A stretch of DNA of 64,000 nucleotides from Acidobacteriota bacterium (GTDB taxonomy: Bacteria > Acidobacteriota > UBA890 > WLXD01): NCBI GenBank assembly GCA_965248695.1, contig CBDFKD010000002.1, positions 3,680,001 to 3,744,000 of the forward strand. The letters run 5' to 3'. Below, one piece after another: positions 27,260-37,856 of this stretch. The notes beneath the pieces were generated by a model. The model ran no database searches. It was not told the DNA's origin and saw nothing but the letters and a program-made list of their open reading frames with translations. The position numbers were made by a program, and so were the translations under genes. The first letter of the stretch is position 1, and each line of letters opens with the position of its first letter.

Positions 27260-28222
27260 TCAGCGACCGCGGGCCTGGCGCAGATCGTCGAGCAGCGTGG
27301 TCATATCGTCTGGCGGGGCCGTTTCCATTTGCATCCGCCGGCCGTCGTCCGGGTGCGCGAAGGCAAGCCGGTGAGCATGCAGCGCCGGGCGCCCGAAGCT
27401 CGCGAGCGATCGTCGCAGAGCGTCGTCCTGGATGCCCTTCCATTGCTTGCCTGTGTACAGCTTGTCACCGACGATCGGATGATGGATGTGGGACAAGTGC
27501 GCCCGCACCTGATGCGTCCGTCCGGTCTTCGGAAAGGCGCGCATCAGCGTTAGCCCGGGTCCCGGGAAGTCTTCCTCTACACTCCAGCGCGTGCGCGCGT
27601 CGCGCGGCTGGTTGGTGTTGGCGGAGATCTTCTTGCGGTCGGATCGGTCCCGTCCGATCGCGACTTCAATCACGCCGCTCGGCAGCTTTGGTCGCCCATA
27701 CGTGAGCGCCAAGTATTGCTTATCGACTGTTCGGTCGGCGAACTGATCAGCGAGCCGTTGATGGGCCACATCGGTAAGTGCCACGACGATCACGCCGCTC
27801 GTGCCGCGATCCAGACGGTGCACGATCCCCGGCCTGGCCGTGTCGGTCAGCGCCGAGAGTCGGCGCTCGTAGCGATGCAACAGCGCGTTGACCAGCGTAC
27901 CGGAGGGATGCCCGGGAGCCGGGTGTACCACCATCCCCGCCGGCTTGTTGATGATTGCCAGGGCGGCATCTTCGTACAGCACGTCGAGCGGTATGTCCTC
28001 GCCGGTGACGTCCCAGTTGGGCGATCGCGCCGCCATGGCGACCTGGATGATCTGTCCGGCGCCCACGGGTCGAGAGGCCTTGCGTGCGAGCTCGTCGTCG
28101 ATTCGCACCGAGCCCGCTTCGATCAGCCCCTGCGCGCGGGAGCGCGACAGCTCGGTGAGCCGGCGGGCGAGCAGGCGATCGAGCCGCTCTCCGGTGTCCT
28201 CGGCGCCGACCTCGAGCCGCAC
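27260..28222 (-). CDS. rluD: RluA-family pseudouridine synthase (RluD-like)
   Basis: S4 domain, NKPAGMVVHP, VHRLDRGTSG, GRTHQVRAH. Confidence 0.92.
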   Translation of the reverse strand: MRLEVGAEDTGERLDRLLARRLTELSRSRAQGLIEAGSVRIDDELARKASRPVGAGQIIQVAMAARSPNWDVTGEDIPLDVLYEDAALAIINKPAGMVVHPAPGHPSGTLVNALLHRYERRLSALTDTARPGIVHRLDRGTSGVIVVALTDVAHQRLADQFADRTVDKQYLALTYGRPKLPSGVIEVAIGRDRSDRKKISANTNQPRDARTRWSVEEDFPGPGLTLMRAFPKTGRTHQVRAHLSHIHHPIVGDKLYTGKQWKGIQDDALRRSLASFGRPALHAHRLAFAHPDDGRRMQMETAPPDDMTTLLDDLRQARGR

Positions 28223-28254
28223 GATCGTCGGCTCGGAGGATAGGTCGGGTGGGC

Positions 28255-29154
28255 TCAGGTGGTGCTCTCCGCCGTCTTTCGCAGGCCTGTTCGCAGGCGC
28301 GCCAACATGCCCAGGGCCAGCGTCACCATGATGATGGAAACGAACTGGGACGTAGAGAGCATGCCGCCGAAGACCGCTCCGCGGGGATCACCACGCCAGA
28401 ACTCGAGCACGAAGCGAAATACGCCGTACCCCAGCACGTACACCCAGAAAACCTGACCGTCGAACTTCTTGCGCTGGTAGAACAGGAGCAACAGCCCGAA
28501 GATCGCCAGGTTGCCGAGCGCCGAGTACAGCTGTGTGGGATGTAACGGGATGTTCAACGGGACACCGACCAGCGTGCCGCTGTAGCTGTTGTCGAAGGCC
28601 ACACCCCAGGGCGCATCGGTCGGGATGCCGTAGCAGCACCCTGCCGCGAAGCAACCGACGCGGCCGAAGGCATGCGCGATCGCGATCGCCGGCGCCGCGA
28701 CGTCCATCGCCTTCCACATTGGGACTGCGTAGCGGCGCATGTACCAGACCCCGACGATCAGACCGGCGATCATGCCGCCGTAGAAGACGCCGCCTGCCTG
28801 TAGCAGGCTGAGTCCCATCCGCGCCAGTGTTCCGATGAACGCCCCGACGCCGCCGATGTAGGGCGACAGCGCTTGGCCGACGCTACCACCGCCGTTTTCG
28901 AGGATGCTGCTGAACTGACGCCCGTAGAATTCGTGGTCGACGATCAGCAGGAGCAGCTTCGCTCCTACGAGGCCGCCCAGGATGACGTAGACGCCGAGGT
29001 CAACCATCTGATCCGGGTCGATTCCCTCGCGACGTGCCAGGCGCCGCGCGACGATTACTGCGACCAGGAACGCAACGACCAGCAGCACGCCATAGGTGTG
29101 GATCGTGATAGGGCCGATGCCGGGGATCGGCAACCGAAACAGAATCGGAAACAT
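28255..29154 (-). CDS. lgt: Prolipoprotein diacylglyceryl transferase
   Basis: GGVFYGG, GRVGCFAAGCCYG, HPTQLY, RFVLEFWRGD. Confidence 0.95.
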   Translation of the reverse strand: MFPILFRLPIPGIGPITIHTYGVLLVVAFLVAVIVARRLARREGIDPDQMVDLGVYVILGGLVGAKLLLLIVDHEFYGRQFSSILENGGGSVGQALSPYIGGVGAFIGTLARMGLSLLQAGGVFYGGMIAGLIVGVWYMRRYAVPMWKAMDVAAPAIAIAHAFGRVGCFAAGCCYGIPTDAPWGVAFDNSYSGTLVGVPLNIPLHPTQLYSALGNLAIFGLLLLFYQRKKFDGQVFWVYVLGYGVFRFVLEFWRGDPRGAVFGGMLSTSQFVSIIMVTLALGMLARLRTGLRKTAESTT

Positions 29155-29169
29155 CGAGACCTCGTGAAC

Positions 29170-29742
29170 TCAGGCGTCGTCAGCTGTCGGCGATTCGGCC
29201 GGCTCGCTGTCGTCGCCCGGTAGGTGCTGGGGTGCTGTCGGTGCCTCGGTATCCCTGGCGAGCGCCAGGAACAGAGCGATACCACCCATGGTAATGGCTG
29301 AGTCGGCGACGTTGAAAGCGGGGAACTCGTGGCGGTTCCAGTGCAGCAGCACGAAATCGATCACGTAGCCGTGTATCAGGCGGTCGAGCAAGTTGCCCAT
29401 GGCGCCGCCGAGAATTGCTCCAAAGGCGATGGCCACGGGCCGCTGCGCGCTCTCGTGGCGGGCGTATGACCAGATGATGAGGACTGCCGCTATCGCCACC
29501 GCGACCAGGGCCCATCGAACCCATCCTGCCTGCCCGGTATTGAAGAAGCCGAAGGCCATGCCGCGATTGTGTACGTGCGTCAGCGACACGACGTTGGCGA
29601 ACACCGGCACGCGTGCGTGGAGTGGGATGTTCATCTGACACAGTGCCTTGGTAATCTGATCGATGATCAGAATACCGACGCTGGTGATGAAGATGGCACG
29701 CCGAGGCTGGGGCACCTCGAGTGCTGCGGCGGTCGGTTCCAT
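29170..29742 (-). CDS. lspA: Signal peptidase II
   Basis: DQITK, NRGMAFG, GAMGNLLDR, VIDF, FNVADSAI. Confidence 0.95.
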   Translation of the reverse strand: MEPTAAALEVPQPRRAIFITSVGILIIDQITKALCQMNIPLHARVPVFANVVSLTHVHNRGMAFGFFNTGQAGWVRWALVAVAIAAVLIIWSYARHESAQRPVAIAFGAILGGAMGNLLDRLIHGYVIDFVLLHWNRHEFPAFNVADSAITMGGIALFLALARDTEAPTAPQHLPGDDSEPAESPTADDA

Positions 29743-29770
29743 GGTCCTCTGGCGCTCGCGGGCTTGCTGC

Positions 29771-31822
29771 TCAGGCGTCGGGTTGTTCGTTGTTACCGGC
29801 GGCCCGCACGGCGAGCGGGTCAAGGTCAATCACCCGCAGGCCGTGACCGCGGGTGGCGACAAGAGCATACCCCGGCGCTTGCGCGCTGAGGCGCAGTGCC
29901 CATGCTCGCTCCAGACCCGGGTCCTCGTCGAGCACCAGCCAGTGCTGTCCCTCCCCATGGCCGCGGTACAGGGCCCCGCTGTAGTCCAGCGCCAGAACCT
30001 GATCCGGATTGGCCGGGTCGACCTCAACCGCCCGCAGTCCTGCTGCCGGCCACGGGATAGGCAGCTCGGTCCAGGCGGCACCGCCATCCTCGGTGCGAAA
30101 AACTGCACTGGTGGTGATGGCGTAGGCCACGTTGCGATCGTCGGGATGGAGTGCGAGGTCTATGATTCCTGCCGGCAGTCCGGTCAGCTTCGCGGTCTGC
30201 GGCCGCTGTCCGGCGACCAGCTCCCTCAGGTCCCCGCGCACCGCCCACCCGTCGCCGACCGCGAGCGCGAAGGTGTCGCCGATGGTCAACGCCTCGACGG
30301 CGGCGCCGCTCCAGAGCGCTCGCCACACGGGTCCAGAGTCGCGATCGAAGGGCTGTGCGGCGCCCTCGTTGTCGTCCAGCGAAGCTGCGGTCGCGACATA
30401 TAGCCCGCGACTCGTGGCGGCGATCACGTGTCCATCGACGGCGTGGGCGATCTCGACCGCCGTGAGCTCCCCGGGGGGCGCTGGAACGGGCACCCATCGT
30501 CCTCTGGGGAATGCGCTCCACCATCCGGTCTCTCCGACGACCAGCGCCCGGTTCACCGGTTCGATCTGCGCCCGCAGGAAGCGGATCGAGCCGATCGATG
30601 GCGTCACGCCGAGCGGACGCCAGGTCTGGCCGACGTCGGTCGAGATGTGCACGGACTCGCGCAGAGGTCCGTCGCTTCGTGCTGCGAACAGGACGCGAGG
30701 CGCTCCGGGCAACGCGTCGAACGCCACCACGCGAGCGCTGTGAAGGCCGCGGTTGCGCTCGTGAAACCTGCCACCGGGGGTGCCCGCCAGGACGCCGCGC
30801 TCTTCGGTTGCCACGAAGACTCGATCGCCCTGCGGTGCGATCGCCAAGGCGCTGACCGACACGGCCCCCAGAATGATCGACCAGTTGACCCCGTGGTCGG
30901 TGGATTGGTACAGCGCTCCGCGCGTACCGGCGTAGATCACCGCCGGATTGCGAGGGTCGTGGACGATCGTGTGGACACGATTGTGCTCGGTCGACACGCC
31001 GGTGCGGCGCTCGTCCCAGTTGCCGCCCGCGTCGTTGGAGCAGTACAGGAAGTTGCACGTGCCCGCAAATACCGTGTCGGGATCGTTGGGATCGATGGCG
31101 AGCGAGAAGATGTCGCGGTCGACCGCCATGCCCTCATACACGCGTTGCCAGGTGCTGCCGCCATCGCGGCTCCGATACACCTGGCGCCAGGTACCCGCAT
31201 ACACATGTTCGGGATCGCGCGGGTCGACAGCGAGAGACTCGACGAACTCCGCTACCAGGCCCTCGCCATTGACGTTACGCCACGAGTCGCCGAGGTCGTC
31301 GCTGCGCCAGACGCCGCCAATGCCGCCGACGTACATCGTCCGTACGCGCGACGGGGCGACGGCGATGGATCGAAGCGACGGATCCCCAGCCAGCGCCAGA
31401 TTCTCCCAGGTGGCGCCGCCGTCGCGTGTGCGGCTGAGCCCACCGCTGCCCTGCGGCGTCCAGTAGGCGGCGAACACCACGTCGGCGTCGCCCGGGTGAA
31501 CCAGCAGGTTGTCGACCACGGCGTCGTGCCCCATGGCCACGGGCAGCTCGTTCCAGCTCTCGGCCGCGTCGCGCGAGGCGTACACGTGCCCGGTCGCCGT
31601 TCCCAGGTACAGGCGCGACGGGTCGCTGGGGGACAACACCAGCGATCGGACCTCACCTCCCGGGGGACCCAGGCTCTGGCCGACTCGCGAGCCGAGGTGG
31701 GCGACGATGCGCTCGCGGGCGCTTTCCTGGGTGTCCTGCGCCGGTGACGAACGCACGGCCGGGGCGATGACCAGCATCGCCCCGGCCGCGAGAGTCAGCG
31801 CCCGGAGTTTCCGAGCTGCCAT
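29771..31822 (-). CDS. Secreted BNR/Asp-box (VPS10/YCF48-like) beta-propeller protein
   Basis: Repeated SxDGGxTW Asp boxes and AVDPxDP motifs; signal peptide. Confidence 0.85.
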   Translation of the reverse strand: MAARKLRALTLAAGAMLVIAPAVRSSPAQDTQESARERIVAHLGSRVGQSLGPPGGEVRSLVLSPSDPSRLYLGTATGHVYASRDAAESWNELPVAMGHDAVVDNLLVHPGDADVVFAAYWTPQGSGGLSRTRDGGATWENLALAGDPSLRSIAVAPSRVRTMYVGGIGGVWRSDDLGDSWRNVNGEGLVAEFVESLAVDPRDPEHVYAGTWRQVYRSRDGGSTWQRVYEGMAVDRDIFSLAIDPNDPDTVFAGTCNFLYCSNDAGGNWDERRTGVSTEHNRVHTIVHDPRNPAVIYAGTRGALYQSTDHGVNWSIILGAVSVSALAIAPQGDRVFVATEERGVLAGTPGGRFHERNRGLHSARVVAFDALPGAPRVLFAARSDGPLRESVHISTDVGQTWRPLGVTPSIGSIRFLRAQIEPVNRALVVGETGWWSAFPRGRWVPVPAPPGELTAVEIAHAVDGHVIAATSRGLYVATAASLDDNEGAAQPFDRDSGPVWRALWSGAAVEALTIGDTFALAVGDGWAVRGDLRELVAGQRPQTAKLTGLPAGIIDLALHPDDRNVAYAITTSAVFRTEDGGAAWTELPIPWPAAGLRAVEVDPANPDQVLALDYSGALYRGHGEGQHWLVLDEDPGLERAWALRLSAQAPGYALVATRGHGLRVIDLDPLAVRAAGNNEQPDA

Positions 31823-31836
31823 GGCCCTGGCAGGCC

Positions 31837-33603
31837 CTAGCGCGGCGGGATCGTAACGACGATATGGATGCGACGGTTGCGCGCCCGGCCGGCGGCAGTG
31901 CTGTTGTCGGCGATCTGGTCACTGCTGCCGCGCGAGCTCGTGTGGATCCGCGACGCGCTGATGCTGTGGCGGTCGACGAGGTCTGTGCGCGCGTTGTCGG
32001 CACGCTGTTGCGCGAGCTCGTCGTTGGCCGCCGCGGCTCCCGCCGCGTCGCTGTAGCCGGTTACCGCCACAGTGGCGCTCGGGTTCTGCCGCAGTAGCAG
32101 CGCCACGTCGTCAAGGATGGCCTTGCAGCGATTGTCTATGCGAGTGCTTCCCGAGGTGAAGTCGTAGCAATCGAACGGCCGTTCGTCGGGCGTCAGGTCC
32201 GGTACCACCGGAATCTCGACATTGACGCGCACCGAGCAATCGTCGGTAGCGCCACGACCGTCGCTGGCTCTGGCGGTGATGTTCCCCGATCCTGCCGGCA
32301 CGCCACTGCTGTTCCACGTAACGACGTCGCCGGTGGTTGCGCTGAGCGAGCCTGCGGAGGCATTCCAGGTGACGGTTACCGCGTCGCCGTCGGGATCGTT
32401 GGTCACGGCGCGCAGGCGGACGCTCTCACCCTGGCGCAGCGTCGACTGCTCGATCTCGCAGGTCAACGTCGGCGGGCGGTTCATCGGTTCGGGCTCCGGC
32501 TCCGGCTCGGGCTCCGGCAACGGTGCTGCCTTGCGCTCGCTATTGGTGTACGCGAGCCCGAATAGCAGTCCCCAGCGTCGCAGCGCGCCATCAATAGCGC
32601 CGGCGTCGATCTGCCAGGCGATGTCGCGCACGTTGATCTGGCTCTGATAGTTGGCCGCAGCGCTGAGCGACAAGCCGCTATCGAGCGCGGCGCGCAGGCC
32701 GAATCTGTAGATCGACTGATCGGCGTAGCCGATGAAGTCGCTCTCGGTAGCGTCCCGGGTTGCAGCTATCCCAGTCCACTCGGCGATTGCCTGCAATTGA
32801 CCGTCGGTCGGAAACTGCAAGCCCACGCCGTATAGGACCTCGGGGCTGACGTTGAAGTTGAACGAGGTCGGGAAGACGATCTCCGGGGCCACCAGCGAGG
32901 CTCCGGTGACGTTGCGGCCGACTACGTTGGTGATCTTGACGGCGGGATCCGGCGTGTCGTGCCAGACGTATCCACCGTATGCGTTGAGGCCGAGTCGGCC
33001 GAGCGCGGTGCTGCCGATGAGCTTGCCGCCGACGCTGAACGCACCGGTGCCGATACCGTTGTTGGCGGCGGAGGTCGGTAGCTTGACCATTCCCTGCAGG
33101 GCCACGCCACCGTACTCGCGGGAGCCTCCTGCGACCTTCACCTTGATCCCCATCCAGACGTCGCCGAATCCGTTCTGGTCGCGCTGTGCCGCGAACGGGT
33201 GGTTGTTGAGGCCCGTGCAGCAAAGTGGCGGCAGGAAGTAGAGGCCGCCGCCTGCGGGGATCAGATGCATGTCCAAGAGCGTGGCCTCGGATGTGAAGCG
33301 GCGGTCGATCTCGGTGCGTGGGGTTGCGCCGAAGAAGACCTCGACGCGCTCCGCGATGCCATAGGCGCCCGAGATTCCGAATGAGGAGGTGACGGAGTCA
33401 CCTGCCTCCTGGACGGTTCGATCGTAGAAAGCGCCGAGCGACCACTTGCCAGGCTGCAGAACGCTGGCGCGCGCCACGGTAAACAGGCCGGTCGTGCCGT
33501 CCTGGGTCGGGTCGTCCTTCGTTTGCGCGAAGGCTGCAGTACTTGTCAGGGCCACGAGCGCCACGAGCGCCACGATCGCTACCCGAACCAGTGTGCGACG
33601 CAT
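31837..33603 (-). CDS. OmpA family protein (beta-barrel, PE linker, Ig-like, OmpA C-terminal domain)
   Basis: Signal peptide; DPDGDAVTVTW Ig/PKD-like domain; GYSD..NDELAQQRA..GRARNRRI. Confidence 0.88.
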   Translation of the reverse strand: MRRTLVRVAIVALVALVALTSTAAFAQTKDDPTQDGTTGLFTVARASVLQPGKWSLGAFYDRTVQEAGDSVTSSFGISGAYGIAERVEVFFGATPRTEIDRRFTSEATLLDMHLIPAGGGLYFLPPLCCTGLNNHPFAAQRDQNGFGDVWMGIKVKVAGGSREYGGVALQGMVKLPTSAANNGIGTGAFSVGGKLIGSTALGRLGLNAYGGYVWHDTPDPAVKITNVVGRNVTGASLVAPEIVFPTSFNFNVSPEVLYGVGLQFPTDGQLQAIAEWTGIAATRDATESDFIGYADQSIYRFGLRAALDSGLSLSAAANYQSQINVRDIAWQIDAGAIDGALRRWGLLFGLAYTNSERKAAPLPEPEPEPEPEPMNRPPTLTCEIEQSTLRQGESVRLRAVTNDPDGDAVTVTWNASAGSLSATTGDVVTWNSSGVPAGSGNITARASDGRGATDDCSVRVNVEIPVVPDLTPDERPFDCYDFTSGSTRIDNRCKAILDDVALLLRQNPSATVAVTGYSDAAGAAAANDELAQQRADNARTDLVDRHSISASRIHTSSRGSSDQIADNSTAAGRARNRRIHIVVTIPPR

Positions 33604-34075
33604 CTGAGCTACTCCTCCGGGGTGGGCACCACGGAATGGTCTCGTTCAGTCGAATGTGCGGTCGCGTTGAGCGGTCGCCAGCATCCGTTCTTTTCGGGGG
33701 ACTTCGAGCCCTATTGTACACGCCGAAGTACGTTCGTCATGCGTCCGGGAGGTACTCAGAACGCAGAGTTTCACAGTCCACGGCAACTGCGGACGTGGGT
33801 GGACAGGGCCGGACAGGAGGGGCGCGCCTGATGCATGCGAACCGCAGCCGGAAGAGCCATTCCCGATTAGACAGGCGCGCCCACGACAGCGTCCGCGGTG
33901 CCACGGCGTGTCCCATGCTCCGCTCACCAGCGGGAGCGTCCCGCCTGCCGATTGGCGCGTCGGCTGACCTACCGTGATCGGCAGGAACGGTTAACCTTCG
34001 GTACAACGCGCTAGTTACCCTGCGCTTCTCTGTCGGCGGAGCGAGCATCGCGGGAAATCCGGAGGACCCCATCTA

Positions 34076-35710
34076 ATGTTCGACTCATCGGTTCTCTGCA
34101 GGTCGGCCATCTTCTCGATCGTTGCTGTCTCGGTCGCATCTGCCGTCGCCGCTGCCGCTCCTCAGCAAGAGGCCGAGCTCGAGCTCAGCCTTCCGGACGC
34201 GGTGCGGCTGGCGTTCGAGCACAACCTCGACATTCGCGTCGTCGGCTACGACCGGTCGCTCGACGAAGAACGCGTCACCGCCGCCAAGGGGCAGTTCGAG
34301 CCGTCGCTGTTCTTCGGTATTCCGGGGGCGATAGGAGTCACGCCCTATCCTACCGGCGGCGCCTTTGGCGGCGGTTCGGGATTCGGTGGTTTGGGATACA
34401 CCGACCAGCGGTTTCCGGCATCGACGGCCTTGGCCGGCGCAGATGTCACCACGCAGAAGTCGTTCGCCTCGTTGCTCGACTTCCAACAACAGCTCGGTTT
34501 CGGATTGCGCTACGACATCAGCTACGTCGCCTCGAGAACCGATTCCAACAGCTTCTTCAACAGCCTGAACCCGTCGTGGAACAACACCCTGGCGGTTAGC
34601 GTCGTGCAGCCGTTGTTGAATGGCCGCGGCCGCGCCGCCACGCAGGCGCCGTTGCTGTTGGCGCAGGCCAACATCGCTGTGAGCCGGGCTGCTTTCGTGG
34701 CGCAGGTCGAGCAGGTGTTGCTGCAGGTCGAGCGGGCGTACTGGGAGTTGGTGTTCGCCGAGCGCGATCTCGAGGTCAAGGAGTCGTCGAGACAGCTGGC
34801 GATCGAGCAGCTCGGGCGCACGCAGGCGCAAGTGGAGGTGGGATTGATCGCGCCGGTCGAGGCCACGCAGGCCGAGGTACAGGTCGCCGGCCGCGAGACC
34901 GATCTGATCGTGGCGCGCAACACACTCGACAACAACCGCGACGCGTTGCGAGCGCTATTGCGTGCCGATCGCTTACCGGCCGGTTGGGACACGCCCCTCT
35001 CGGCGAGCGAGGAACCAGCAGTGGTTGCCGCTGATATCGATGTCGAGAGTGCGATCCAGGAGGCGTTAGAGAACCGCGCCGAGCTGGCCATGGCGCAGGC
35101 CACCATCAGGGCGCGCCAGGTGGCCGTGAAGGCGACCCGCAATGCGCTCTTGCCGCGGATCGATCTCATCGGCCAGGTTTCGGCGAACGGCATCGGCGGC
35201 GACCTCATCGTTCGTGACGGGTTCTTCGGCGGCGAGGTGATCGACGTAGTTCCCGGCGGGTACAGCGATGCAGTGAAGCAGCTGGTCGGGCTCGACTTCA
35301 CCAGCTGGAGCGCCGGATTCAACGTCACGGTTCCGCTCGGCAATAGTGCTGCCGAAGGGACCTATGCCCAGGCCACGCTGAACGCCGACCGCGCCCGTAC
35401 AGAGCGTCTACGAACCGAGCAGCAGATTGTCCTCGAGGTTCGACGGGCTGCGCGCGGTGTGCACGCCGCGTTCGACGCGGTGGGGTCTACAGGCAAGACG
35501 CGTGAGCTGGCCGAAGAGCAGCTTCGCATCGAGACCGACCGCTTTGGCGTCGGCATGTCGACCAACTTCGAGGTGCTGCAATTCCAGGATCAGCTCGCAG
35601 TGTCGCGGTCGCAAGAGCTGCGGGCACGCATCGAATACCGGCTGTCGACTGCGGAGCTGGCGCGGGCCACGGGTACGCTGCCCGACAAGTACGGCATCCG
35701 CGTGCAATAG
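34076..35710 (+). CDS. TolC family outer membrane protein
   Basis: LSLPDAVRLAFEHNLDI, VERAYWEL, ALENRAEL, GMSTNFEVL. Confidence 0.9.
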   Translation: MFDSSVLCRSAIFSIVAVSVASAVAAAAPQQEAELELSLPDAVRLAFEHNLDIRVVGYDRSLDEERVTAAKGQFEPSLFFGIPGAIGVTPYPTGGAFGGGSGFGGLGYTDQRFPASTALAGADVTTQKSFASLLDFQQQLGFGLRYDISYVASRTDSNSFFNSLNPSWNNTLAVSVVQPLLNGRGRAATQAPLLLAQANIAVSRAAFVAQVEQVLLQVERAYWELVFAERDLEVKESSRQLAIEQLGRTQAQVEVGLIAPVEATQAEVQVAGRETDLIVARNTLDNNRDALRALLRADRLPAGWDTPLSASEEPAVVAADIDVESAIQEALENRAELAMAQATIRARQVAVKATRNALLPRIDLIGQVSANGIGGDLIVRDGFFGGEVIDVVPGGYSDAVKQLVGLDFTSWSAGFNVTVPLGNSAAEGTYAQATLNADRARTERLRTEQQIVLEVRRAARGVHAAFDAVGSTGKTRELAEEQLRIETDRFGVGMSTNFEVLQFQDQLAVSRSQELRARIEYRLSTAELARATGTLPDKYGIRVQ

Positions 35711-35730
35711 CCTCGCTGGAGCCGCAGGCG

Positions 35731-36774
35731 ATGACTGGGGTGATCCGAGGGGCGCGTATTCATCGTCATGGCGATCTCGAGGAGCTCGTCGTCGACGAGC
35801 TACCAGCGCCAGATCCCGGACCCGGTGAGGTCCGTGTTCGCTTGCGGGCGGCGGCGCTCAATCACCTCGACCTGTGGGTGATCGGCGGGCTGCCTGGCAT
35901 CGACATCCCGCTCCCTCACGTAATCGGTGCCGACGGGGCCGGCGTTATCGATGCGCTCGGGACGGGGGTGGAAGGATGGTCGGTGGACGACGAAGTGGTG
36001 CTCAATCCGGGACTGTGGTGCGGCAGGTGCGCCAGCTGCATGGCCGGGGAGCAGCATCTGTGCCGCGGCTACCGGATTCTTGGCGAACATCTCGACGGGA
36101 CCGCCGCCGAAGCGGTGATCGTCCCGGCGATGAGCTGTCATCCGAGGCCACCGGGTCTGTCGTGGCACCAGTGCGCTGCGTTCCCGCTCGTTTCCTTGAC
36201 GGCATGGCGGATGCTGGTAAGCAACGCAGGTCTCAAGCCAGGCCACACCGTGCTTGTGCACGGCATCGGCGGCGGCGTCAGTCTGATTTCAATGCAGATC
36301 GCGCTCGCTGCCGGAGCAACGGTGTTCGTAACCAGCCACAGCGCCGAGAAACGCGCTCGCGCGTTGGAGCTCGGCGCTGCCGAAGCCTGGGACTACGGTG
36401 AGGTCGACATTGCGCGCCAAGCCTGGCACGCCACCGACAAGCGCGGAGTCGACATCGTGGTCGACAACGTCGGCGCGGCGACCTTCGTGAGCAGCATCGA
36501 ATCGGTGCGTCGCGGTGGCACTATAGTGACTTGTGGGACCACCAGCGGACCGCACCTGGAGATCGACGGCCGGCGTATCTTCTGGAAGCAGATCCGCATC
36601 ATCGGCTCGACAATGGGGAACGCCGACGAGTTTCGTGCCGTGCTCGGAGTCGTAGCCTCCGGCAAGGTGGCACCGGTTGTCGACAGCGTGTACCCCCTAG
36701 AAGACACGATGGACGCGTTACGCCGTCTGCAAAGTGCCCAGCAGTTTGGCAAGGTCGTCATCGATATCAGCTAG
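35731..36774 (+). CDS. Zinc-binding MDR dehydrogenase
   Basis: ALNHLD, CGRCASC..C structural Zn site, GIGGGV, FGKVVI. Confidence 0.9.
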   Translation: MTGVIRGARIHRHGDLEELVVDELPAPDPGPGEVRVRLRAAALNHLDLWVIGGLPGIDIPLPHVIGADGAGVIDALGTGVEGWSVDDEVVLNPGLWCGRCASCMAGEQHLCRGYRILGEHLDGTAAEAVIVPAMSCHPRPPGLSWHQCAAFPLVSLTAWRMLVSNAGLKPGHTVLVHGIGGGVSLISMQIALAAGATVFVTSHSAEKRARALELGAAEAWDYGEVDIARQAWHATDKRGVDIVVDNVGAATFVSSIESVRRGGTIVTCGTTSGPHLEIDGRRIFWKQIRIIGSTMGNADEFRAVLGVVASGKVAPVVDSVYPLEDTMDALRRLQSAQQFGKVVIDIS

Positions 36775-36814
36775 TGGCTGCGATATGCAACGAGCATCTG
36801 TTACAGGCCACTAA
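36771..36814. mobile_element. Collapsed MITE (stub of one end plus one full TIR)
   Basis: ctagtggc followed by tgcgatatgcaacgagcatctgttacaggccactaa; overlaps the TAG of the dehydrogenase. Confidence 0.85.
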
Positions 36815-36882
36815 CTCCAGACTCATCCTCCACCGGCCAGCTTGGCCCTCGGCAGCCGCTAATCGGCGGGATCACGGCCCTC

Positions 36883-37731
36883 ATGCCACCTTCTCGTGCC
36901 CGCGTTTGGACCGCGTTCATCAAGGTCGAGCACACACTGTTCTCGCTTCCGATGCTCGTTGCCGGGGCGCTGTTGGCAAGCGGCGGGCAGCCGCCGTGGC
37001 GCCCGCTGGGATGGGCCGTCGTTGCGGGCATCGGCGCTCGCACGCTGGCGATGGCGCTCAACCGGCTGATCGACCGTCGCCTGGACGCGGCCAATCCGCG
37101 CACTCAGGACCGCGAGCTGCCGAGCGGCCAGCTGAGTGTCGGGGAGGGGTGGGCGATTGCGTCTGCTGGCCTGTTGATCTATCTCATCGGCTGCGCTCAG
37201 CTGCCCCCGCTCTGCTGGTGGCTGTCGCCAGTTCCGCTGGCGGTGTTCGTGGCTTACCCGTACTTGAAGCGAGTGACACCGATGGCGCACTTCGGCGTCG
37301 GCCTGGCGCTTGCGCTTGCGCCGCTGGGGGCCCATGTTGCGGTGACGGGTACGTTGGAGGCTTCCGCGCCCGCCCTGCTGCTGGCGTTGTTCACCCTGCT
37401 CTGGGTAGCTGGATTCGACATCATTTACTCGACGCTCGACGAGCAGTTCGATCGCCAAGCCGGACTCCATAGCCTTCCGTGCTGGCTCGGCAGCGCGGCG
37501 GCGTTGCGCGTCTCGGCGGCGGCTCACCTGGTTGCGGTCGGAGCGTTGTTGGTGCTGTACTTCGGCTACCTCGGCGGCGTTGTGTCAGCGGTGCTGCTTG
37601 TCGGGGTGGCGATCTTGTTGGCGGCAGAGCAACGGTTGGCTGAGCGGGTCAACCTGGCGTTCTTTCAGATCAACATCGTTGTCGGGTTTGCCGTGCTGGC
37701 GTTCGTCGTCGCCGGGCGTGCAGGGATCTAG
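36883..37731 (+). CDS. mqnP: UbiA-family prenyltransferase (futalosine pathway)
   Basis: KVEHTLFSLP, NRLIDRRLDAANPRT, GFDIIY; mqn cluster context. Confidence 0.88.
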   Translation: MPPSRARVWTAFIKVEHTLFSLPMLVAGALLASGGQPPWRPLGWAVVAGIGARTLAMALNRLIDRRLDAANPRTQDRELPSGQLSVGEGWAIASAGLLIYLIGCAQLPPLCWWLSPVPLAVFVAYPYLKRVTPMAHFGVGLALALAPLGAHVAVTGTLEASAPALLLALFTLLWVAGFDIIYSTLDEQFDRQAGLHSLPCWLGSAAALRVSAAAHLVAVGALLVLYFGYLGGVVSAVLLVGVAILLAAEQRLAERVNLAFFQINIVVGFAVLAFVVAGRAGI

Positions 37732-37752
37732 TGGCATGGAGGTGACCACTAG
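37728..37752. repeat. Minimal MITE scar
   Basis: ctagtgg-catggaggtga-ccactag overlapping the TAG of the prenyltransferase. Confidence 0.6.
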
Positions 37753-37856
37753 TGTCCGGGCTGAGGGCGCCGGTGTTGCCAGACGCAATGGGCCTTGATG
37801 ATCAGGAGCGTTAGACGCTTGACTACGTACGACACCGGTGCTCATGAGGCGGGATC

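Noticed and set aside
32485-32517. Hexamer tandem repeat
   Set aside because: Encodes the ordinary Pro-Glu linker of the OmpA protein
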